64,000 nucleotides of DNA from Kiritimatiellia bacterium (GTDB taxonomy: Bacteria > Verrucomicrobiota > Kiritimatiellia > JAAZAB01), in assembly GCA_040767085.1 (NCBI GenBank), contig JAXGPF010000003.1:256001-320000 (forward strand), written 5' to 3'. Shown here piece after piece: positions 40,833 through 49,566 of this stretch. Position 1 is the first letter of the stretch. Each line of letters begins with the position of its first letter. The notes beneath the pieces were generated by a model that was given only the letters and a program-made list of their open reading frames with translations, was not told the origin of the DNA and searched no databases. The translations under genes were made by a program, and so were the position numbers.

Positions 40833-41843
40833 TCAGGCCGCCCCCGGCGCCGCCAGCCGGACAAAGCCATGCTCGAATACCATGGCTTCATGGATATTCC
40901 GCTCGAACTGGGTTTGCATCTCCTCCACCACCCGGAGCCGGGCCAGCGCCTGCCGGCAGGTCAGCCCCTGCGCCGCCTGGCGCAGCGTGGCGGACGCATC
41001 CTGGAAGGCCAGCAACGCATCGTCCGCGCCGGCGATGCACATGAGCAAATCGCGCTGCCAGAGCAGCAGCCACTCCAGCACGGTTTCGCGCCGGCCGCGG
41101 TAGCGGGCCTCGATGCGGGCTTCCATGACCGCCTCCATTTTTTCGCGCGCGCTCTTGTCCATGTCGTCCAAGTTCATTTCCGCCAGAGCCCCGGCCTCGA
41201 TTTCGCCGATTTCCGCCTTGATGGCCTTCAGCCGGTCGAGGATGAACCGCGCCCGCTCAATGGCGGCCACCAGCCCTCCGACGCCGGTTTCCGTCATGGC
41301 CGCCAGAATCAGGTCGCGGCCTTCGCGGCTGGCCGCCGGGTCGGCGCTGTTGAGCGTCAGCCGCTGGCAGCGGGAAATGATGGTGGACAGGAGTTCGTCG
41401 GGGCTGTCGGTCAGCAGCAGAAACAGCGAGCGGGGCGGGGGCTCTTCGAGGGTTTTCAGGATTTTATTGGAGGCTTGCTCGTTCAGGCGGTCGGCATCCG
41501 CCAGCACGACGGTTTTCCAGCCGCCGTCAAATGTAGTCTGGCCGATATGCTGGAGCAAGCGTTCAATCTGATCCACCACCACCCGCCGGGATTTGCTTTC
41601 CGGCTCGATCCAGAGCGAATCCGGATGCTGGCGGGCCAGCGCCTGGCGGCAGCCCGGGCACTTGCCGCAAGGGCTTTCCGGCGGCGGCGCCTTGCAATAC
41701 AGCAAGGCCAGGATTTCGCCCGCCGCCTCGCGCAGCACTTCCCGGGAACGGCCGCAGAGCAGGTAGGCATGGGCCAGGCGCCCCCCCAGCAGGGCATGGC
41801 GCAGGGAATTCAACAACTGCTTGATTTCAGGATTGGATGACAT
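40833..41843 (-). CDS. holB: DNA polymerase III delta' subunit
   Basis: HAYLL, CGKCPGC..HPD, ASNKILKTLEEPP, TIISRCQ. Follows tmk. Confidence 0.9.
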   Translation of the reverse strand: MSSNPEIKQLLNSLRHALLGGRLAHAYLLCGRSREVLREAAGEILALLYCKAPPPESPCGKCPGCRQALARQHPDSLWIEPESKSRRVVVDQIERLLQHIGQTTFDGGWKTVVLADADRLNEQASNKILKTLEEPPPRSLFLLLTDSPDELLSTIISRCQRLTLNSADPAASREGRDLILAAMTETGVGGLVAAIERARFILDRLKAIKAEIGEIEAGALAEMNLDDMDKSAREKMEAVMEARIEARYRGRRETVLEWLLLWQRDLLMCIAGADDALLAFQDASATLRQAAQGLTCRQALARLRVVEEMQTQFERNIHEAMVFEHGFVRLAAPGAA

Positions 41844-42474
41844 GTTGTGCCGCTTCCCACACCGCTTGCTGCAATTCCGCCGGCGGCCGCGTGGCATCCA
41901 GCAAACGAAACCGGCCGGGGTCCTGCCGGGCGATTGCCAGGTATCCCTGGCGCACGCGTTCGTGAAACTCCCGCGCTTCGCGCTCGATCCGGTCGGCGCC
42001 CCCGCCATTGGCGCTTTGCCGGTTTTGCGCGCGCAGCAAACCGGCCGTGACGTCCAAGTCCAGTAAAAAAGTGATATCCGGCATCAAGCCGCCGGTAGCC
42101 ATGGCGTTCAATTCCCGCACCTGTTCCAGGTCAAAATTGCGGCCATAACCCTGGTAAACGGCGGTGGAATCGGCAAACCGGTCGCAAATCACATGCAGGC
42201 CGGCCGCCAGCGCCGGCCGGATCACCTCGCCGACCAACTGGGCGCGGGCGGCGAGAAAGAGCAATAATTCCGCCGGGGGCGTCGGCGGTGGCTGTTGATG
42301 ATCCTTCAACAGACGCCGCACCCCCTCGCCCAGCCAGGTGCCGCCCGGCTCGCGGGTCAGTTTAACCGCCATGCCCGAAGTCCGCAACCTTTGCGCCAGC
42401 GCCGCGGCATGCGTGGATTTGCCGCCGCCTTCGGGCCCTTCAAAGGTGATCAATTTGCCGCGTTTGTCTGTCAT
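41827..42474 (-). CDS. tmk: thymidylate kinase
   Basis: FEGPEGGGKST, REPGGT, CDRFADSTAVYQG. Confidence 0.96.
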   Translation of the reverse strand: MTDKRGKLITFEGPEGGGKSTHAAALAQRLRTSGMAVKLTREPGGTWLGEGVRRLLKDHQQPPPTPPAELLLFLAARAQLVGEVIRPALAAGLHVICDRFADSTAVYQGYGRNFDLEQVRELNAMATGGLMPDITFLLDLDVTAGLLRAQNRQSANGGGADRIEREAREFHERVRQGYLAIARQDPGRFRLLDATRPPAELQQAVWEAAQHVIQS

Positions 42475-42480
42475 GACAAA

Positions 42481-42634
42481 TTTCAAAACTCACGTTTTGA
42501 AAGAATTCAGAATTCAGTAGTCAGAATTCAGAATAAATTCAAATGGTTTGTGTTAAACGTCTTATATTGTTTTGCAATTCTGACTACTGACTTCTGTCTT
42601 CTGAATACTGCTTTCAAAAGCTGACTTTTGAAAG
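42481..42634. repeat. ~155-bp imperfect inverted repeat; each arm has a palindrome plus a heptamer array
   Basis: Left: TTTCAAAACTCACGTTTTGAAA + AATTCAG/TAGTCAG units. Right: CTGACTA/CTGACTT units + CTTTCAAAAGCTGACTTTTGAAAG. Confidence 0.8.
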
Positions 42635-42640
42635 CAACTC

Positions 42641-44119
42641 TCATGGTTTTCTTTTTTGCGCCTCTTGTGTTTCTTTGTGGAGATGCTGACTCCCGCTCGC
42701 CAATTGATCCGGACCACCCCGGCGTTTCAGCTTATACCCGCCCGGCACATCCTGCACGGCCCAGCCGCGTTCCGCAAGCAAGCCGCGCAAACGGTCGGAC
42801 TCCGCCCAATCGCGCCGCTGCCGCGCCGCCTGCCGCTCCTCGGCCAGCTTCAACCCGGCGTCATCCGGCGCCGCCGGCGGCGCCGCCAGGAAGCCGAACA
42901 CCCGGTCCATGTCGTCCAGCACCGCCCGCGCGGCGCCGGCATCGGCCGGAGTCAATTTGCCGGCATCCGCCAGGCAGTTGCCGGCATGCACGACTTCAAA
43001 CAGCGCCGCCAGCGCGGCCGCCGTGTTCAAATCGTCGTCCAACCCATGGCGGAAGGCGCTTTGCGCCGCCGCCAGCCAGTCCGGCGTGGCGGCTGGCGCC
43101 GCCGGCGCCGGCCCGGCCAAGGCGGCCAGGCGTTCCCGGAACTCATCCGTGCGGCTCAGCGCCGCCCGGGCCGCATCCAGCGACTCGAACGTAAAATTGA
43201 GCGACTGCCGGTAATGCGCCGAGGCCAGCACGTAGCGGATTTCCCGGCCGGAAAAACCGCGCTGCAGCAGGTCGCGCAAAGTGTAAAAATTGCCCAGCGA
43301 CTTGGACATCTTCCGACCATCCACCACCAGGTGCGCGCAATGCATCCAGTAACGCACAAACGGCACGCCGGTTGCCGCTTCGCTCTGGGCGATTTCATCC
43401 TCATGATGCGGGAAAATATTGTCCATGCCCCCGGTATGCAGGTCGAATCCCGGCCCGAGATATTTCATGCTCATGGCCGAGCATTCAATGTGCCAGCCCG
43501 GGCGGCCCCGGCCCCAGGGCGCATCCCAAACCACATCGCCATCCTCCGGGCACCAGGCCTTCCAGAGGGCAAAATCCGCGGCGTTTTCTTTCTGGTACTC
43601 ATCCTGCGCGATCCGGGCGCCGGGTTTCAAGCCTTCCATGTCCAGGTGCGCCAGCCGGCCGTAATTTTTAAACCGGCTGATGTTGAAATAAACCGAACCA
43701 TCCTCCGAGCGGTAGGCATAACCCTTCTGGAAAAGCGTCTCGATCAGCGCGATCATTTCCGGCACATGCTCGGTGGCGGCGGGGTAAAACTCCGCCGGCT
43801 CGATGTTGAGCGTCTTCAAATCGGCGAAAAAGGCGTCCTTGAACACCTGGGTGTAATCCCGCAACGACTGGCCGGCGATGCGCGCGCCCTTGATCGTCTT
43901 GTCGTCCACATCCGTCAGGTTCATCGCCTGGCGCGGGACAAAACCCAGGTATTTCAGATACCGCCGCAGCAAGTCTTCAAAGATGTAAGCGCGGAAATTG
44001 CCGATATGGGCGTAATTATAGACCGTCGGCCCGCAGGTATACAGGCGCACCGCCGGCGGCTGCGCCGGGGTAAAAACCTCCAGCCGGCGCGCCAATGTAT
44101 TGTAGATTTTGAATGCCAT
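42641..44119 (-). CDS. cysS: cysteine--tRNA ligase
   Basis: YTCGPTVY..AHIGN, DFALWK, GRPGWHIECSAM, FPHHE, KMSKS. Promoter TTGATT-N17-TAAACT at 44199-44171. Confidence 0.97.
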   Translation of the reverse strand: MAFKIYNTLARRLEVFTPAQPPAVRLYTCGPTVYNYAHIGNFRAYIFEDLLRRYLKYLGFVPRQAMNLTDVDDKTIKGARIAGQSLRDYTQVFKDAFFADLKTLNIEPAEFYPAATEHVPEMIALIETLFQKGYAYRSEDGSVYFNISRFKNYGRLAHLDMEGLKPGARIAQDEYQKENAADFALWKAWCPEDGDVVWDAPWGRGRPGWHIECSAMSMKYLGPGFDLHTGGMDNIFPHHEDEIAQSEAATGVPFVRYWMHCAHLVVDGRKMSKSLGNFYTLRDLLQRGFSGREIRYVLASAHYRQSLNFTFESLDAARAALSRTDEFRERLAALAGPAPAAPAATPDWLAAAQSAFRHGLDDDLNTAAALAALFEVVHAGNCLADAGKLTPADAGAARAVLDDMDRVFGFLAAPPAAPDDAGLKLAEERQAARQRRDWAESDRLRGLLAERGWAVQDVPGGYKLKRRGGPDQLASGSQHLHKETQEAQKRKP

Positions 44120-44243
44120 GCGACCCCGCGCCTCCGCGCGTCTTGTCCTTGAGACCCCGAAATAGGGCATAGTTTACCGGCGGCGTCCGGGAAAATCAAT
44201 GTAAAACCTGAATTGCGCGCCGCGCCAGGGCTTGCCGCAAAGC

Positions 44244-47102
44244 CTAATTCACGCCGGCGGGCGGGCGTTGGAAGACGAATTTTTTCACGGCAATCAGGAT
44301 GACGCCGATGGCCAGCGCGATCAGCAGCAGGGCGGTGACGGACAACGGATAATTGCCGGCGGGCAGGTATTTATTGAAAAGCAATTGCGCCAGCGACACC
44401 AGCGTGGTGACCATCATGAACGCCGCCGGCGCCAGCATGAACCAGCGGGTGCGCCGCCGGACCATCAGCCAGGCGGCGGCCACGATCAGGGCCAGCGCCG
44501 CCATCAACTGGTTCGCGCTGCCGAAGATCGGCCAGATATATTTAAAAGTGTTGGTGTAACACAAAAAGAACATGGCCGCCGCCACCACGGCGGCGTTGGA
44601 ATAATGGCTGCGCAGCCAGCTTGGCGGATTTTTAAAGAGCACGGGCCAAAGCTCCTCCAGCAGGTAGCGATTCAGGCGCGAAGCGGTGTCCAGGGTGGTC
44701 ACGATAAAGCCCTCCACCATCAACAACCCAAAGACCGTGCCATAACTCATGGGCATATTCAAAGATTTATGCAGCAGGCCGCCCATGCCCAGAGCGAATG
44801 CCAGCACGGGATTGCTGGCGGCGCCGGGCGCTGTCGGAAACACGATGCCTTGAAACTGGGCGAGCGACAATCCGGCGCCCACGGCCATGACGACCAGCAC
44901 CGCCAGGATGGATTCCAGCAACATGCCGCCGTAACCGATGGGTAAGGCCTGGCAAAGCATGTGGGATTTGCTCATGCAGATCGGCGTCCGATAGATATCC
45001 AGCTTATTCGCCAATGGCACGAAAAACATGATCTTGTTGTCCTGGCGGCAGCGCTCCCGGAGGATATGGGCGTAATAGGCCGTATACAAACCCGGTTCGC
45101 CGTAAATCCGCCCGGTGAACGGGCGCGGGTAGATGTCGAATCCCAGGATTTCCCCCCAGCGCGTCCAATGGTCGCCATGGGGGATGCTCATCGAATACAG
45201 CAAAAAAAGCGGCCGGTAAGGATCAAGGGTGTTGACTGTATTCCAATACCATTCAGCGACAGCGATGTTCGCGTCCCGATCGCCCAGGTTCGGCTCATCC
45301 ACGTTATAATAACAAAGCATGTTGCGGCGTTCCCGCAGGATTTTGGCGTTCGCCTCCAGCATCGGCGCCAGTTTCGCATAACCTTCCCGCTGGTAAGCCA
45401 GCCGTTCGATCAACGGCTGGGCGATCGGCGGACGCGAGTCGCCCGGCTTGTATCCCGCCCACGGCGCCGCGGAAACAATCCATTCAATCACGTCCAAGCC
45501 GTATTTTTCCGCCATTTGTGCGAACTGTCCGACCTGGGCATTCGCCGGCCCGGCCGCGTCGGGATTTTTGGTAATATGCTCGTTGACGAGCGTGGTAAAC
45601 CCAACATCCTTGAGATGCTTGATCAGGTTTTCATCAAATATTTTGACGTTATTATATATCCCCACGGGGAATATCGGCCGGCCATCCTTCAGGATCACAC
45701 CCTTGATAAAGTCGCATTTTACCTCAAAGCCGGGGCGCGGATCCAGGCGTTTGACATTCAGTTGCTTTGACGCCAGCGTTTGTCCCCCGGCAACCAAACG
45801 AACATTCACGGTGTTATCGCCAGGTTTGAACGCGCTTAACGGAAGGCCGGGCGTCATGACCGGTTGCAGCCCCTTGATTTCAGCTATGGCCGCCCCATTG
45901 ACCTCGATGGCCAGGGCGGTCTCCGGGAGCATGGCCGGCGGCAGGCCGAATTCCAACCTGATCTCCGCGTTTTCTTCGACGGTGTAGTAGCTGCGCCCGA
46001 CAAACACCCGCTTGATCGCTTTTAACGCGGCCATATTTTCAACCGCCATCACCGCCAGCAGGTTCCCGTCCGCGGGGTCCGCCAGCGCCACGCTGACCTC
46101 GCGTTCGCGCAAATCATCGGCCGCAACGCTCAGAACCAGGGCGCGTTGATATCGTTCGGCTCCTGCGCGCTGCCCTGTTTTCCCGTCCAGGTCAATGATT
46201 GCCGAAGCTTTTTCGACGCCGCCCGCGCCAAAATCCTCCAGCACCCGGACCTTCGCCCGGCCGGCAACTCCCGTAAACCTCTGCAAGGTTATCCGCACAT
46301 CATAGAAGTATTGACCGGCTTGCTGCCGCCAGCCGGCGATTTCCGCGGCCGCGATTTGCGGAGCGAAAGGGGCTTCCGGCTTGAACCCGCCCAAACCGGC
46401 GGCAGCGCAAAAATTATTTAAATCGTGCGCTTGGCCCCGGCCCGGCGTGCCGGCCTTGAGCGTGGAAAAAACCGTGCGCTCGTTTTGTTTCGCCCCCATG
46501 GGGTCCAGGGCAATGGCCCGGAGGTTGCGGGCGAGATTGAGTTGCGCGCTGCCCAGGTCGTCGCATTCCAAGGCCTGCAGCGGGATCGCAACCTCGGCCG
46601 TCCAGCCGTCCGGCAGGCGTCTGGCGACGCTGCGCCAGAACGTATTCCAGCCGACTTCCTGCTTGCGCACGGGAGTCGTTTGGATCCGCTGTTCCATCGT
46701 CACGTTGTCGGCGGTGAGTACGAACCAGTAATAGCGGTCTTGCGACTTTGCCGGTTGCAGATACACTTCCACCGACTCGTTGGCATAAAAGTTCGGGTAG
46801 ATGTCGTCGTGTTTAAACACGGTTTGGAGAACATGCGCCATGTTGGAATTGGCGCATTGGAATCCCAGGTAGAGCAACTTTGTGTCGCGTGCCAGCCAGA
46901 CAGTCGTGTCCGGCGTCGGCGTATTGGTGTTTTCCAGGTAGAATTGGCCGATTTTGGCCGCCGCCTGCCAGGCAGGTTCGTCCAGGACACCGTCAATTTT
47001 CGGCGGGCTGACGGCGGGGATAAGCGGCAATTCCTGATCCGCGGCCAGCGCGCCAATCGCCGCGCCGCAAAATATGCCCAGGGCCAGACCTCGCCTATTC
47101 AT
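44244..47102 (-). CDS. chimeric ORF: CBM9-like/GH paralogue (paralogue 2) fused in frame to the C-terminal part of a CstA transporter
   Basis: Follows the paralogues up to MSKSHMLCQA, then PIGYGGMLLES, TTLDTASRL.RY, IWPIFGSANQL (CstA motifs). Junction near 44946. Confidence 0.8.
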   Translation of the reverse strand: MNRRGLALGIFCGAAIGALAADQELPLIPAVSPPKIDGVLDEPAWQAAAKIGQFYLENTNTPTPDTTVWLARDTKLLYLGFQCANSNMAHVLQTVFKHDDIYPNFYANESVEVYLQPAKSQDRYYWFVLTADNVTMEQRIQTTPVRKQEVGWNTFWRSVARRLPDGWTAEVAIPLQALECDDLGSAQLNLARNLRAIALDPMGAKQNERTVFSTLKAGTPGRGQAHDLNNFCAAAGLGGFKPEAPFAPQIAAAEIAGWRQQAGQYFYDVRITLQRFTGVAGRAKVRVLEDFGAGGVEKASAIIDLDGKTGQRAGAERYQRALVLSVAADDLREREVSVALADPADGNLLAVMAVENMAALKAIKRVFVGRSYYTVEENAEIRLEFGLPPAMLPETALAIEVNGAAIAEIKGLQPVMTPGLPLSAFKPGDNTVNVRLVAGGQTLASKQLNVKRLDPRPGFEVKCDFIKGVILKDGRPIFPVGIYNNVKIFDENLIKHLKDVGFTTLVNEHITKNPDAAGPANAQVGQFAQMAEKYGLDVIEWIVSAAPWAGYKPGDSRPPIAQPLIERLAYQREGYAKLAPMLEANAKILRERRNMLCYYNVDEPNLGDRDANIAVAEWYWNTVNTLDPYRPLFLLYSMSIPHGDHWTRWGEILGFDIYPRPFTGRIYGEPGLYTAYYAHILRERCRQDNKIMFFVPLANKLDIYRTPICMSKSHMLCQALPIGYGGMLLESILAVLVVMAVGAGLSLAQFQGIVFPTAPGAASNPVLAFALGMGGLLHKSLNMPMSYGTVFGLLMVEGFIVTTLDTASRLNRYLLEELWPVLFKNPPSWLRSHYSNAAVVAAAMFFLCYTNTFKYIWPIFGSANQLMAALALIVAAAWLMVRRRTRWFMLAPAAFMMVTTLVSLAQLLFNKYLPAGNYPLSVTALLLIALAIGVILIAVKKFVFQRPPAGVN

Positions 47103-49131
47103 GCGCGCTGCTCCGGGTGTTTTTTTCCCGGCGGACTTTGGGTTGACGGATGTTTTCCTTGCAGCCGCGCTCCGCGATCACGCAGACATCATATGGCGCC
47201 AGGTTAACCCGGCCCGCATGGTAATCGCCCAACAGCGCCCGTCCCCCGCCGGCGCGCTGCACGACGGCGGAATCCGGGCCATGATTGATGATAAACGTCA
47301 CCGGGCCGCGCTGCACGAGCTCGACGGCCGCGGGAGTGTCCGGGCCGGCCGCCACGCCGGCGGCTTGTAACGCGTAATCCAGGATGGCCGCCAGGCTGTC
47401 GCGGTCCGCTTCGTTGGCCGCAAGATAGATTGTCCGGCCCAATCCGGTCTGGCGCTCGACCACGGCCGGCTGGCCTTGGAGAAAGCTGGCATCAAAGCGC
47501 ATCAGCGCGGCGCCGCCCTGGACCGTGACATCGCCAGCCCACTTGCGCGCCAAGCCTTGGAGGCGCCGGCCGGCAATGGTTCCCGAAAACGGCAGGTCCG
47601 GGTCCTGGTCCGAACGGATTTCGGCGTGAGCCCGGGCGGTATTCAGCCGCACCCCGCTCTCCATCGTCATTCCAAAGAGCGTTTGCAGGGGCTCCGGGCC
47701 GGCCAGCGGCAAATAATTGCCGTTGGCATCGAACTGGCCCAACTGCCCCATGGCCACGATCACGCCGCCGCGCCTGACAAATTCCTCCAGGCGGCAAGCC
47801 GCCGCCCGGCTGACATGCAACAGCGCTGGAATCAAGAGCAGGCGATAAGCGTCCAGGTCGCGGTCGGCCGGAATGACATCGGCCACGAGCTGGCGCCGGA
47901 ACAGCCAGGCGGCAATGTCCGCGGCCGCGTTGGTATCGGCCAGCCGGCAGCCGGCAATGGTCCATTCGCTGTCGTAATCTTTAAGCATCGCAACTTTGGC
48001 CGCCGGCAGCGGGAGATTTTTCAAACGCGGCGCCAGCGCCTGCATTTCCAGGAAGGCGCTTTTGACCCCCTCGTAACGCGCGCCGGCCTTGCCGGAATGT
48101 TCCAGCAAGCCCAGCGCTTGCTGTTCCTGGCCTGACAGGAACGGGCGCCACAGGAAAACCAGGAGCATCTCCGCGCCGTGGGCGTAAAAGCTCCACAGCC
48201 GCGGCCGGAAGCGCGCATCATGCGGCAGGCCCGGCCAGCCCTCGCCGCCCACGCCGGTTTCCGTGATCCAGAAAGGCGTAGCGGCCTTATAGCTCCGGTG
48301 GCGGTCGAGCGTATGGGCAAAGGTAAACCCATCCGCCTGGTAAATGTCGCCGCCCGCGCGGTCCAGCCCCGCGAAAGCCTTGAAATGATCCACCCGGTTG
48401 AAATTATTCGTGCAGATCAAGGCCCCCGGGTGATGGGCGCGGATGATGCGCGCCTGGTCCATGGCATAATCAATTTTCGTGTCGCTGTAAAAGCGGCAAC
48501 TATCCAAAACCCGGCTCGGCGAATGGATGAGTCCGGTGTCGCCCAGGGTCACCTCTTCCCAATCGCCGTAATCCATGCTCCAGAAGGCGTTGCCCCAGGC
48601 GCGGTTCAACTCCGCCAGCGTGCCATAGCGTTCCCGCAGCCATGCGCGGAACCGGGTCTGGCAATGGGCGCAATGGCAGTTGCCGAAAATCGAACAGCCG
48701 ATTTCGTTGTCAATCTGCCAGGCCACGACATTCGGATATTGCGCCGCTTCGCGGGCCAGCTTTTCCGTAATCCGGGCGCAATGCCGGCGGTAGACGGCGG
48801 ATGAATAGCAGGTGTGCTGGCGCACGCCATGATAGGCCTGCCGCCCGTCCTTGCTGATGATCAGCGTATCGGGATATTTTTTTACCAGCCACGCCGGCGC
48901 CGTCGCCGTGGGCGTACACAACAGGACCTTGATCTGGTGATCGGCCATGACGCGGATGGCCGCATGCAGCCAATCCAGCGTGAAGTGGTTTTCGCAGGGC
49001 TCCATGCGCGACCAGGCGAACTCGCCGATCCGGACCATGTTGATGCCCGCCGCCCGCATCAGCCGGGCATCGGTCTCCAAATTTTCCAATCCCCAGTTTT
49101 CCGGATAATAAGCACAACCAAAGTATTGCAT
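47095..49131 (-). CDS. GH42 beta-galactosidase
   Basis: YYPENW, RIGEFAWSRMEP, TPTATAP.W, WQIDNE, C.C..C, PFWITE, GQEQ. Confidence 0.93.
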   Translation of the reverse strand: MQYFGCAYYPENWGLENLETDARLMRAAGINMVRIGEFAWSRMEPCENHFTLDWLHAAIRVMADHQIKVLLCTPTATAPAWLVKKYPDTLIISKDGRQAYHGVRQHTCYSSAVYRRHCARITEKLAREAAQYPNVVAWQIDNEIGCSIFGNCHCAHCQTRFRAWLRERYGTLAELNRAWGNAFWSMDYGDWEEVTLGDTGLIHSPSRVLDSCRFYSDTKIDYAMDQARIIRAHHPGALICTNNFNRVDHFKAFAGLDRAGGDIYQADGFTFAHTLDRHRSYKAATPFWITETGVGGEGWPGLPHDARFRPRLWSFYAHGAEMLLVFLWRPFLSGQEQQALGLLEHSGKAGARYEGVKSAFLEMQALAPRLKNLPLPAAKVAMLKDYDSEWTIAGCRLADTNAAADIAAWLFRRQLVADVIPADRDLDAYRLLLIPALLHVSRAAACRLEEFVRRGGVIVAMGQLGQFDANGNYLPLAGPEPLQTLFGMTMESGVRLNTARAHAEIRSDQDPDLPFSGTIAGRRLQGLARKWAGDVTVQGGAALMRFDASFLQGQPAVVERQTGLGRTIYLAANEADRDSLAAILDYALQAAGVAAGPDTPAAVELVQRGPVTFIINHGPDSAVVQRAGGGRALLGDYHAGRVNLAPYDVCVIAERGCKENIRQPKVRREKNTRSSAHE

Positions 49132-49227
49132 GTTTTTAATTCCACCGCGTGAATCCAGGCGGCGGCCGCCCGGGTGGGGAAACTGCGGCCGGCAACCGCT
49201 CCCGATCTGCGCCGGCTGAAAGCAATT

Positions 49228-49566
49228 TCACTTGAAACTGAAAAGAGCGCCTTGCGGCAGGTATTCGTAACAGCCCATGTCTACCCGCCGGGAATAACGG
49301 TCAATCCGCGTCACACCGCCCAAATCCAGCGCGCCCGCCATCCAGTCCTCGTTGGTACCCGCGTTCACCCCGGGCGATGCGTGATTCAACCCATAATCAC
49401 CGGCGGCAAAGGCGTTAAACACCGGCGCGTTGGTGACATTGCCAAGGGCCGCGTTGGTCAGGGTTGCGTTGCAACAATAAGAAAACGCATTGCTCCGCGC
49501 GGCGGCGCCCGCATAGATGTCCTGGTAAAGCTGGCTAATGCGGTTGGAGACAACGATGCAATTAGT
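49228..49566 (-). pseudogene. 3' fragment of the IS1380-interrupted beta-helix gene
   Basis: Reads TNCIVVSNR...DYGLNHASPGVNAG...RRVDMGCYEYLPQGALFSFK*. In frame with the 5' part once the IS is removed. Confidence 0.88.
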
